The notes under the pieces: model-generated
What the model saw: only the letters and a program-made list of their open reading frames with translations
Database searches by the model: none
What the model was told of the DNA's origin: nothing
Translations under genes and position numbers: made by a program
From: an uncultured Acidobacteriota bacterium
GTDB lineage: Bacteria > Acidobacteriota > Thermoanaerobaculia > Gp7-AA8
Direction: 5' to 3'
DNA length: 64,000 bases
NCBI GenBank assembly: GCA_963758195.1
Contig: CAVWUH010000002.1
Span: 2,061,560-2,125,559, forward strand
Part shown: piece after piece, positions 54,152-61,079 of the stretch
How positions within the stretch are numbered: position 1 is the stretch's first letter
How the letters are laid out: each line of letters begins with the position of its first letter

Positions 54152-55301
54152 TCGGACGCCTAAACGTCCCCAGCTGAGCCGCTTCGGGCCACGCCATGAA
54201 CGTTGTAAGTAAGCGTATCAGACGCTGGGCCGAAGTCGGCTCCAGCGTCGAGTTGGGCATCGAGTGTGTGATGCCGACGTTGATGCGGGAGGGTATCCTG
54301 AACCGATGGCGCTTAAGGCTGCTGCTGGAGAGGACTTCGAATCGAAGACGCTTCGCGAGCGATTCGCCGTTCACGCAAGTGATGATGTGCTGATCCTGCG
54401 TGCCGAACCGCTGTAAGCTGTCCAGGAACTTTTCTACAGCTTTGTTAAATGCCTCCGGGTTCTCGCGCGCCGAGCCGTGACCGGCTCCCGGGATGCTCAC
54501 TCGGGGGGCGTTCGGGAGCAGCCGCGCGAGCTCGCCGTTCACGAATTTGTGTAGGGGGATCGTGTTCTCGCCGCTGACAATTAGAACCGGCATGCGCAGC
54601 CGCCGGACCTTACTTTTAGGCACGTTCGGAAACGGGTCCCTCGATAAGGTAGCCGCCTTGAAAAAGCGAGAGTTCTGCATCGCCAAGGCACGGCCCTCAG
54701 GTGGTAGACGGTCGAACCTGCCCAACCCGCCGAATCCGTCCACCAGAATCCTCATCGCGCGCTGGTCATCTCCCGTCTTGAACGCTGCCGCGGCGGGTTT
54801 CCAGATGGAGGCCATAAACTCCTGATAAAGAACTCTGCCTTTCGCGTCATCCTTTGCCCAGCGGTGTACGGGCGGCTCAGCCAACACCAGGCTGCGGACC
54901 ATCTCGGGGTGTTGGATGGCCAGCACCAGCGCCGCCGACGCTCCGGCGGAGGAGCCCACGAGGTGTACGCGCCCGAGGTCGAGGTGGCGGATAAAAGCAG
55001 CGAGGTCGTCGGCGTCCGAATAAGCTGAACGGTAGCTATCGGTCAGTGGGTTTTGATTCGGGTAGTTGTAGCGGCGGCTGTAAGAGATAACCCGGTAGCG
55101 CCGGGAGAACGCCTCGGTCTGCGCACCCCACGAGCGATAATCCCCCTGTCCACCGTGCAGCAGAATGAGCGGCTCGCCTCGGCCCCGTTCGACGTAATGA
55201 AGCTCGACGCCGTTAACCCGAACTCTCACCAAGCCGTCGCTCTGGCCAGCGGCCGGTCGGCAAAGCATCATCACCAGGAAGAAGAACGTAAGTCTAGCCA
55301 T
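54138..55301 (-). CDS. Cassette ORF: secreted alpha/beta hydrolase; the annotated 3' end reads through the attC
   Basis: Signal peptide, oxyanion-region LLHGGQGD and nucleophile elbow VGSSAGA. The hydrolase fold ends near AVEKFLDSL (about 54400). The remaining 95 or so codons run through the attC without a stop. Confidence 0.7.
   Translation of the reverse strand: MARLTFFFLVMMLCRPAAGQSDGLVRVRVNGVELHYVERGRGEPLILLHGGQGDYRSWGAQTEAFSRRYRVISYSRRYNYPNQNPLTDSYRSAYSDADDLAAFIRHLDLGRVHLVGSSAGASAALVLAIQHPEMVRSLVLAEPPVHRWAKDDAKGRVLYQEFMASIWKPAAAAFKTGDDQRAMRILVDGFGGLGRFDRLPPEGRALAMQNSRFFKAATLSRDPFPNVPKSKVRRLRMPVLIVSGENTIPLHKFVNGELARLLPNAPRVSIPGAGHGSARENPEAFNKAVEKFLDSLQRFGTQDQHIITCVNGESLAKRLRFEVLSSSSLKRHRFRIPSRINVGITHSMPNSTLEPTSAQRLIRLLTTFMAWPEAAQLGTFRRPNDTR
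54158..54258 (-). repeat. Integron attC site (conserved subfamily)
   Basis: GCCTAAAC...AGCTGAGCCGCTTCGGGCC...GTAAGCGTATCAGACGCTGGGCCGAAG-T-CGGCTCCAGCG...GTTGGGC. Confidence 0.8.
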
Positions 55302-55351
55302 CCGCGTCGTCGCCTCTTATCAGCCAAACCTACAGGCCTTCGATTCAGCGA

Positions 55352-55447
55352 GCCTAACATCCCCAGCTGAGCCGCTTCGGCCCACGCGAGACATGTGCAA
55401 GTAAGCGTATCAGACGCTGGGAAGTCGGCTCCAGCGCCGAGTTGGAC
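55352..55447 (-). repeat. Integron attC site (conserved subfamily, 3-nt deletion in one arm)
   Basis: GCCTAAC...AGCTGAGCCGCTTCGGCCC...GTAAGCGTATCAGACGCTGGGAAGTCGGCTCCAGCG...GTTGGAC. Confidence 0.8.
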
Positions 55448-55578
55448 GGCGGTTCGCGCGACGCTACGCGGACTCTCTCTGCTCGCGGCCTGCCCTTGAC
55501 GGCAACGGCAAAGCCCAAAAGCACGAAGGCGCAAACTCGATCCGCATTACTGCGGTTAGCTGCCAAGTCCTCTCACTC

Positions 55579-55908
55579 TCATTGGAGATATCGACGCCAA
55601 AAACTCCAGAACCCAAATGGGTTTCCCTTGAATCGTCGCGCCCACGCAGACCGTTCTTCTTCGGGAAGGATTTCGTTGGCAACGTATCCGAAAACGAAAT
55701 AAAAGGGGACGAGCATGCCAGCGTACAGAATGAACACGCCGAATCCGATTGTCCACAGCCATTTCGGTGCAGATGGCCACAACCACATCGCCACCATGCC
55801 GACGATGAACGCGATCGGAAACAGAGCACACGTGAGAGCCCCGAGGCCAAGTAACTTCCGCTCAACCTGCGTGAGATCCGTTCGCCGCACAGTGTCTTCG
55901 TCGTCCAA
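55579..55908 (-). CDS. Cassette ORF, small 3-TM membrane protein
   Basis: LGLGALTCALFPIAFIVGMVAMWLW, WLWTIGFGVFILYAGMLVPFYFVFGYV. The start codon (TTG or GTG) is uncertain and lies in or near the attC core. Confidence 0.55.
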   Translation of the reverse strand: MDDEDTVRRTDLTQVERKLLGLGALTCALFPIAFIVGMVAMWLWPSAPKWLWTIGFGVFILYAGMLVPFYFVFGYVANEILPEEERSAWARRFKGNPFGFWSFWRRYLQ

Positions 55909-56021
55909 CGTCCTCCGGTTCAGCGGCGCGGTGCCACACTAGTGTGAGCGGCAGGACCAGAGCAGGTTACTCTGAACATGGCAGCGAACGGCACCGCGTC
56001 CGCTGCAACCGCGAGTTAGGT
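55903..56021 (-). repeat. Integron attC site (119 bp variant)
   Basis: GTCCAAC...CCGGTTCAGCGGCGCGGTGCC // GGCACCGCG-T-CCGCTGCAACCG...GTTAGGT. The TAA stop of ORF 56016-56435 lies in the core. Confidence 0.8.
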
Positions 56022-56435
56022 GCCGCGCTTGGAGCCGAAGGCATCCCAGTACGCCGTGGCGGTTACATCGATTTCTTCAACCGAGGTCGGCGTCCCATCT
56101 GCCCTAGCGACGCGAAGTCCCCCGTACTGAATGTCAAACTGACCGTTTGAGCAGATGACGCGCACACCGGTCGAGATGCTCGTCGCTGAAAGGATCTCTG
56201 GCTTGAGCTCGGCGAGGACGTTCACGTCGGTGGTGCGTCGATCGTCATTCCAGTTCAGGTACTCGAACTTTTCGCTGCTCACGAGCGTCAGATCGATCGC
56301 ATCGCAGGGAGGGTTCATGATCTGAGTGAGGTAGCCGATCTCAACGCGCAAGGTCAGATCGCCCGGAACGACGCCTCGGACACTTGCAATCCCACCATCG
56401 TGCAGGAGATTCCAGATCTCTTCCGGGTTATCCAT
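56016..56435 (-). CDS. Cassette ORF, hypothetical (139 aa)
   Basis: Clean ORF from an ATG 10 nt below the attC at 56445-56543 to a stop inside the next attC core. No recognisable family. Confidence 0.6.
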   Translation of the reverse strand: MDNPEEIWNLLHDGGIASVRGVVPGDLTLRVEIGYLTQIMNPPCDAIDLTLVSSEKFEYLNWNDDRRTTDVNVLAELKPEILSATSISTGVRVICSNGQFDIQYGGLRVARADGTPTSVEEIDVTATAYWDAFGSKRGT

Positions 56436-56444
56436 GGCTCAGGC

Positions 56445-56543
56445 GGTTAACGTTTCAAGCTGAGCCGCTTCGGCCCACGCGAGGAACGTGAAGGTGAGCG
56501 TATCAGACGCTGGGCCGAATTCGGCTCCAGCGAAAAGTTAGGT
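56445..56543 (-). repeat. Integron attC site (conserved subfamily)
   Basis: GGTTAAC...AGCTGAGCCGCTTCGGCCC...GTGAGCGTATCAGACGCTGGGCCGAAT-T-CGGCTCCAGCG...GTTAGGT. Confidence 0.8.
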
Positions 56544-56604
56544 GCCGTTCGCCCCGTGGTTCGGTCCGGAGTTCAACATGCGTTCGATTTCATCGTCGCC
56601 GTTC

Positions 56605-56928
56605 TCAACGCGTTTGCGGGCGCTTGAGAAACCGCAACAGCAGCGAACGTGAACAACAGCAGAACGTGGCGATGCTCACGAAATACAACGCTACTGATGC
56701 GGCTGGCGCGTAGTAGAGCCAAGCCTCCGGAGTCATGATCGCTCCGACGATCCTGTCACGGGTGTCTTTCGCGACCCCAGCGGCCGAGAGGAAGAACGCG
56801 ATCCACCCCGTGCCGAAATACACGAAAACTCCATACGCGACGAACCCTACGCCGGCAGCTACCACCGTGCCGATGCCGAGCCACGCCACGACAGCGAATG
56901 AGGCGCGTTTGTTGAAGGTTCGCAGCAC
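56605..56928 (-). CDS. Cassette ORF, small multi-TM membrane protein
   Basis: FAVVAWLGIGTVVAAGVGFVAYGVFVYFGTGWIAFFLSAAGV and YYAPAASVALYFVSIATFCCC. Confidence 0.55.
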   Translation of the reverse strand: MLRTFNKRASFAVVAWLGIGTVVAAGVGFVAYGVFVYFGTGWIAFFLSAAGVAKDTRDRIVGAIMTPEAWLYYAPAASVALYFVSIATFCCCSRSLLLRFLKRPQTR

Positions 56929-56968
56929 GTTCCCGATCTCAGCCCGTCGTTCCGCACATGATTCAGGT

Positions 56969-57067
56969 ACCTAACGGTCCGCGGTTCACCGGCTTCGGCC
57001 CACGCGGAACGTGTGCAAGTAGTCTAGCAGCGAGCGGGTCGAAGTCCGGTGCAACCGCTAGTTCGGC
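56969..57067 (-). repeat. Integron attC site
   Basis: ACCTAAC...CGCGGTTCACCGGCTTCGGCCC // GGGTCGAAG-T-CCGGTGCAACCGCTA-GTTCGGC. The TAG stop of ORF 57058-57534 abuts the core. Confidence 0.8.
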
Positions 57068-57534
57068 GGCGTGAGGACTACTCGCACACTCTGCGGGAGG
57101 TCGTTCCACTCAAGCACCCTGCATTCGCAATACTGATTCTGCAGGTCGACAAGGGCCTCCGAGGGGACGCCTGAAACTGGGATGGGATCGCCAGTAGCTT
57201 TGGCGCGAATGACACGGCCCGACACCGGCCACACAACAACCTCGACGAGCCGGCCGGGAAACAGGCCTTCAGTCGTCGCGTTTAGGAAGTGCCAAGAGTC
57301 GATCGAGACGTACTCGGAATCATCCGTCTCAATGAACCACGCGTTCGGGCAGCACGGCGGACCGCTGCAGGTGATTTGGCTCCACACGCGGCGAACTGAA
57401 AAGGACATCGTTACAACGGTGCCGGTTCTCGCCTCGGCGCGGGCGTTTCTCCGCGCACGTAGCTGGAGCAACGACAGATCGCGATACTTCTCTGCGAGTT
57501 CCTCGGCCGTCGCTGCTCGTTCAGTGTGTGTCAT
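57058..57534 (-). CDS. Cassette ORF B of a two-gene cassette, Cys-rich hypothetical (158 aa)
   Basis: Overlaps ORF 57521-57784 by 14 nt, with no attC between them. No recognisable family. Confidence 0.6.
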   Translation of the reverse strand: MTHTERAATAEELAEKYRDLSLLQLRARRNARAEARTGTVVTMSFSVRRVWSQITCSGPPCCPNAWFIETDDSEYVSIDSWHFLNATTEGLFPGRLVEVVVWPVSGRVIRAKATGDPIPVSGVPSEALVDLQNQYCECRVLEWNDLPQSVRVVLTPPN

Positions 57535-57784
57535 TCAGCCGCCGAACGTTCCAAAGAATCCGGCGACCCGCAGCCACGGCGGCGACAGATACCGACAGGC
57601 TCACAATCGAGATGACCGCAAGGAGCTGTCTCGAAATAGCAGGTTCGAAGCGCACGCCCTCGCAGCCTCGACTCGTCCACCTGCCGCCAGCGTCCAAGCA
57701 TCTGTCTTCCTGCCAGAAACGAACCTGCGGGATCGCGAGTGCGACAGCGAACACGACGACGAGGGTGATGATTCGGACTCTCAT
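57521..57784 (-). CDS. Cassette ORF A of a two-gene cassette, 2-TM small membrane protein (87 aa)
   Basis: TM helices IITLVVVFAVALAI and LLAVISIVSLSVSVAAVAA. The ATG is 7 nt below the attC core at 57791. Confidence 0.55.
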   Translation of the reverse strand: MRVRIITLVVVFAVALAIPQVRFWQEDRCLDAGGRWTSRGCEGVRFEPAISRQLLAVISIVSLSVSVAAVAAGRRILWNVRRLNDTH

Positions 57785-57790
57785 TCAGCC

Positions 57791-57891
57791 GTCCAACGGC
57801 CTGCGGTTCAGCGGCTTCGTGCCGCGCGCAAACCGTGAAACCGAGAGTAGCAGACGGCGGCACGAAGTCCGCTGCAACCGCTCAGTTAGAC
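57791..57891 (-). repeat. Integron attC site
   Basis: GTCCAAC...CTGCGGTTCAGCGGCTTCGTGCCGC // GCGGCACGAAG-T-CCGCTGCAACCGCTCA-GTTAGAC. Confidence 0.8.
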
Positions 57892-58034
57892 GGCGACGGG
57901 ATACCCGATCTCTTCGAGATCTCTTCTCAACATGTGAACCTGGCGAAGGCGATACCCCGCGCTGCACCCCGGGAGGGGTTAGACGTCCGAGTGAGTGTGC
58001 TGCCCCAGCAAGACCGGGCGACTACCCACGGTCT

Positions 58035-58259
58035 CTATGAGGTGACCCTCTCCCATGAGTCGCGGATTGTCTGGAGATCCTTGGCGGATGATATGTAGAA
58101 CTCGATGTGGCCGCACGAGGTGCAAGCGTATCTGTCCGGAGCGCTGGTCGCACCAAAAATCAGGCTTGGTTTCAGTGTGATCTTCTCGCTCTGCAGGGGG
58201 TGCCCGGCCTGACGATAGACATTGGTGCTATTGCAGCGGGAACATGTGCCGTTCCTCAT
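58035..58259 (-). CDS. Cassette ORF, zinc-ribbon protein (74 aa)
   Basis: MRNGTCSRCNSTNVY...YACTSCGHIEFY has two CxxC pairs. It resembles Zn-ribbon nucleic-acid-binding (DUF2082-like) proteins. The family assignment is from memory. Confidence 0.6.
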   Translation of the reverse strand: MRNGTCSRCNSTNVYRQAGHPLQSEKITLKPSLIFGATSAPDRYACTSCGHIEFYISSAKDLQTIRDSWERVTS

Positions 58260-58301
58260 GTGGCCTCCTTGATGTAGACGTGTTGAACGTGACGGGTCGC
58301 C

Positions 58302-58400
58302 GCCTAAGGTCCTACGCTTCAGCCGCGTAGCCCGCACGCGAGATCGTAGCACCACGATGAAAAAGCAGCGGGCTACGTCGGCTGCAAGCGTGAGTTAGGT
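58302..58400 (-). repeat. Integron attC site
   Basis: GCCTAAG...CTACGCTTCAGCCGCGTAGCCCGC // GCGGGCTACG-T-CGGCTGCAAGCGTGA-GTTAGGT. Confidence 0.8.
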
Positions 58401-58435
58401 GGCGGCCAGCAGGACGGCGAAGTCTCTTGCACACT

Positions 58436-58792
58436 CTACTTAATGCGGTGGTAGCGAAAGGTATCGCCGCTCTCCTCAACGACAACAAGCACATCGGCGC
58501 CTAGAGTGAACGTGTCCACGCACGCGCACTTCTTGCCATCCAAGAAGAGGCGGTTGCCCTCAACGCGGTACGTTCCGCGATCACTACCCCAGAGGAGAAA
58601 GCTTCGAAAGCGCAGAACGAACGTCCCGTCGGCGTTAAGAGTGAGTTTAGTGATGCTCGGTCCAATTTGACTCATCTGACTGCCAGTCGTCCACCGGCCG
58701 ACGATTGGCGACGTGGCCTGCGAAGGAGGCGGCGTGATAGACGAGCAGGCCGTCAAGAGAATCAGGAAGCCGACCGTCAGAGTCATTCGCAT
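58436..58792 (-). CDS. Cassette ORF, lipoprotein (118 aa)
   Basis: MRMTLTVGFLILLTAC contains a lipobox LTAC. The mature part looks like a small beta-barrel or lipocalin-like domain. Confidence 0.65.
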   Translation of the reverse strand: MRMTLTVGFLILLTACSSITPPPSQATSPIVGRWTTGSQMSQIGPSITKLTLNADGTFVLRFRSFLLWGSDRGTYRVEGNRLFLDGKKCACVDTFTLGADVLVVVEESGDTFRYHRIK

Positions 58793-58798
58793 CTCGCC

Positions 58799-58836
58799 AC
58801 CTAACGGGCTACGTCGGCTGCACGCGTGGGTTGGAC
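58799..58836 (-). repeat. Truncated attC (core plus one arm)
   Basis: ACCTAAC-GGGCTACGTCGGCTGCACGCGTGG-GTTGGAC equals the right arm of the attC at 58302-58400 joined directly to a left core. Confidence 0.55.
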
Positions 58837-59660
58837 GGCGCCGCGGCCCAGGACAGGAACAAAGGGCGATGAATCTCAAGGATTGGGAGATCGGCCAAGT
58901 CATCGAGAAATCCTGCGGACCTAAGGGCAGCACGGGACTCATCTTCGTGCTTTACCGTGTCGAGCCACCAAGCGTGGTAAACGAGCAGGACCACCTCGTC
59001 GATGGAGAGGTGTGCCCGAAGTAGACGCCGGTAGTTCTCGCGGTCAGATCCGGATGCAGATTCAACAAACGACACAAGAAAGAGAGCGTTGCCGTTCAAT
59101 GGAGTCGTAAATTCTTTCCACGATTTGTGGAAATCATCGTAACCATCGGTCAACGCCTCTATGAGATCATACGGTCTGTCGCCTTGCGCCTCCCACTGGT
59201 GAGCGGTGTCGTCCGCATTCCTGACACCTGAGACGAGATATGACGCAATCTTCTGCAGTGCGCTTCGACCATAGAGGTCGTGAGAAGCGGGAGTTACGTT
59301 TCGATTGAAGAATTGAATGTCGGTCTGACGAACCTGGATTCCATCGATTATTCGCACCCGCAAGTCCAATAGTGTGAAAAACGTTCGTTCAAAGTTCTGA
59401 CGTCGTAACTCTTCCGAGTTCGCTCGAATCTCGACCTCCTGCCGGTCAAGTTGCTCGCGCTGCGCCAGGTATGCCACGTACACGAACAGGACACCTGACG
59501 CTGTCCACAGCGGTCCGGCGGTGCCGGCGACGAATGTCGCAAATTCAACAAGGTGTGAAGCGCCAAACTGAAACGTCGCCCAGGGCGACGCGGCACCGCC
59601 AGCGACAGCGAGAGTGCCCGCTGCAGCCGAGATGATCTGCTGCTTCGTCTTGTGACGCAT
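58809..59660 (-). CDS. Cassette ORF, putative abortive-infection (putAbiC-like) membrane protein
   Basis: Two N-terminal TM helices, then YLAQREQLDRQEVEIRANSEELRRQNFERTFFTLLDLRVRII, the pattern I associate with Pfam putAbiC. This is from memory and has not been searched. The ATG is at 59660. Confidence 0.6.
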   Translation of the reverse strand: MRHKTKQQIISAAAGTLAVAGGAASPWATFQFGASHLVEFATFVAGTAGPLWTASGVLFVYVAYLAQREQLDRQEVEIRANSEELRRQNFERTFFTLLDLRVRIIDGIQVRQTDIQFFNRNVTPASHDLYGRSALQKIASYLVSGVRNADDTAHQWEAQGDRPYDLIEALTDGYDDFHKSWKEFTTPLNGNALFLVSFVESASGSDRENYRRLLRAHLSIDEVVLLVYHAWWLDTVKHEDESRAALRSAGFLDDLADLPILEIHRPLFLSWAAAPSNPRVQPT

Positions 59661-59696
59661 TGAATGCTTCGTGCGATGGCTACTCGATGTAGCGAG

Positions 59697-59790
59697 GTCC
59701 AACGGTCGCCGTTCAGTCGCGGCAGCCGCTTACAAAAGAGTAGCATTTACGACGACCGCGAGGCGGGTGCCGGTAACGGCCGAGTTCTAC
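59697..59790 (-). repeat. Integron attC site (divergent, weaker pairing)
   Basis: GTCCAAC...CGGTCGCCGTTCAG...CCGGTAACGGCCGA-GTTCTAC. Confidence 0.55.
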
Positions 59791-60004
59791 GGCTAGTTCG
59801 AAATCAACCAATCTTTTGCTCCACGTCGTCAACGATTCGGAGAACGAAAGCACGCAATTGGTCGGCCGCGATCGTCGCCTGCCACGTGACTGTACCGAAC
59901 TCCGTATATTGGACACGCGTAACTCTGAACTTGCCGCTCAAGCGCCGCAAGTTTTGAATGAAACGCTTGTTTACGCCCGTTCATCGAAGAGCGTCTTTCC
60001 GTCG

Positions 60005-60104
60005 CCCTAACGTCTCTAGCTAAGCCGCTTCGGCCCACGCGAAGAACGTGAAGGTAAGCGTATCAGACCCTGGGCCGAAGTCGGCTTCAGCGGCCAAGCT
60101 AGGC
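60005..60104 (-). repeat. Integron attC site (conserved subfamily), first in the array
   Basis: CCCTAAC...AGCTAAGCCGCTTCGGCCC...GTAAGCGTATCAGACCCTGGGCCGAAG-T-CGGCTTCAGCG...GCTAGGC. Confidence 0.8.
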
Positions 60105-60123
60105 GCAGCCGCAGGCGATCCGG

Positions 60124-60483
60124 TCAGGCATCTACCCATGCTTCAAACCGAGACATCCAACCCTCGAACTCTTGTTCGGCGGTAGCTTGGACCTGAGCCT
60201 TGGCGGCCTCGAAATCTCCCATCCAGAGATTCTGCTGCTGAACCGTGTGGACAAGAAAGATCTCGGCGGCGCGGACAATTTTCCGAATGAGCGCCGGTTT
60301 CGCGAACACGTCGTCGGAAAGCGGTGAGCCACCGGCTCGATACATGCGTCGAGCGCGGTCCAAAAGAATTTCCACATCGCATCGCTCGAGAACACCGGGC
60401 GCATCGGCTTCCAGACGATTGCAGAACTCGTCAAGAACTTGAGTCTGCATTTCTCGGTACGCGCGGGGTGAGATCAGGTCCAT
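60124..60483 (-). CDS. First cassette ORF, hypothetical (119 aa)
   Basis: Clean ORF about 100 bp downstream of the intI remnant. No recognisable family. Confidence 0.6.
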   Translation of the reverse strand: MDLISPRAYREMQTQVLDEFCNRLEADAPGVLERCDVEILLDRARRMYRAGGSPLSDDVFAKPALIRKIVRAAEIFLVHTVQQQNLWMGDFEAAKAQVQATAEQEFEGWMSRFEAWVDA

Positions 60484-60585
60484 CGGTTCATACTATTCGA
60501 TGGCCGAACGCAGTGGCAGACCATGGGGACGCCGAGATCTGGCGCCTGGGCGATAGGCTGTGTGTGGCCAGGTGCAAAACATCCT

Positions 60586-61059
60586 TCATCGCCGGTCCCC
60601 TGTTATGAGCGTGTCCATGGGACTACGAACGCCGCGGCTGCCGGTCTGTTGCAGGACGTGCGTATAGATCATGGTCGTCTTGACGTCGGCGTGGCCGAGG
60701 AGCTCCTGGATTGTGCGGATGTCGTAGCCGTCTTCCAGGAGGTGCGTGGCGAAGGAGTGACGCAAGGTGTGGCAGCCGGCATTTTTCTCGATGCGCGCGG
60801 CTTGGACGGCAGCCTTTGCCGCCCGTTGTACTGCAGATTCCTCGAGGTGATGTCTTCGCTGGACTCCGCTCCGCGGGTCGATGGAAGTTCGGGTGGCGGG
60901 AAAGACGTACTGTCACGCGATTTCGCGTCCGGCGCCTGGATATTTGCGTGCGAGCGCGTCGCAGGGCCAGACGTCGCCGACACGGTGAGCGACGTCCCGT
61001 TTGTGCTCGGTCGCCGAAACCTCTTGAAGCTAAGGCAACGTGTCGAAGCCGTGCGACGT
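60586..61059 (-). pseudogene. intI: Integron integrase remnant (C-terminal ~155 codons, two in-frame stops)
   Basis: Hand translation gives ...[148 protein letters not shown]. It contains the IntI-specific ALARKYP..W.WQYVFP...DPRSG..RRHH insertion and the catalytic HxLRH...Y box. The stops are TGA at 60915-60913 (replacing Trp) and TAG at 61032-61030. No N-terminal half is present in any frame. Confidence 0.85.
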
Positions 61060-61079
61060 TGACACGCTATCGGTTAACG

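Larger units (their letters stand above)
51831..61059 (-). mobile_element. Chromosomal integron: cassette array plus a decayed, co-oriented intI
   Basis: There are 11 full and 3 partial attC-like palindromes alternating with short minus-strand ORFs, and an IntI-type recombinase remnant at the upstream end. See the individual features. Confidence 0.85.

Noticed and set aside
59829-60038. A 69-aa ORF in the short cassette. A plus-strand ORF at 59816-60010 was also considered.
   Set aside because: The minus-strand ORF starts inside the attC at 60005-60104, and its translation is Arg/Ser-rich and looks non-protein-like. The plus-strand ORF runs against the cassette orientation. Neither is credible as annotated.
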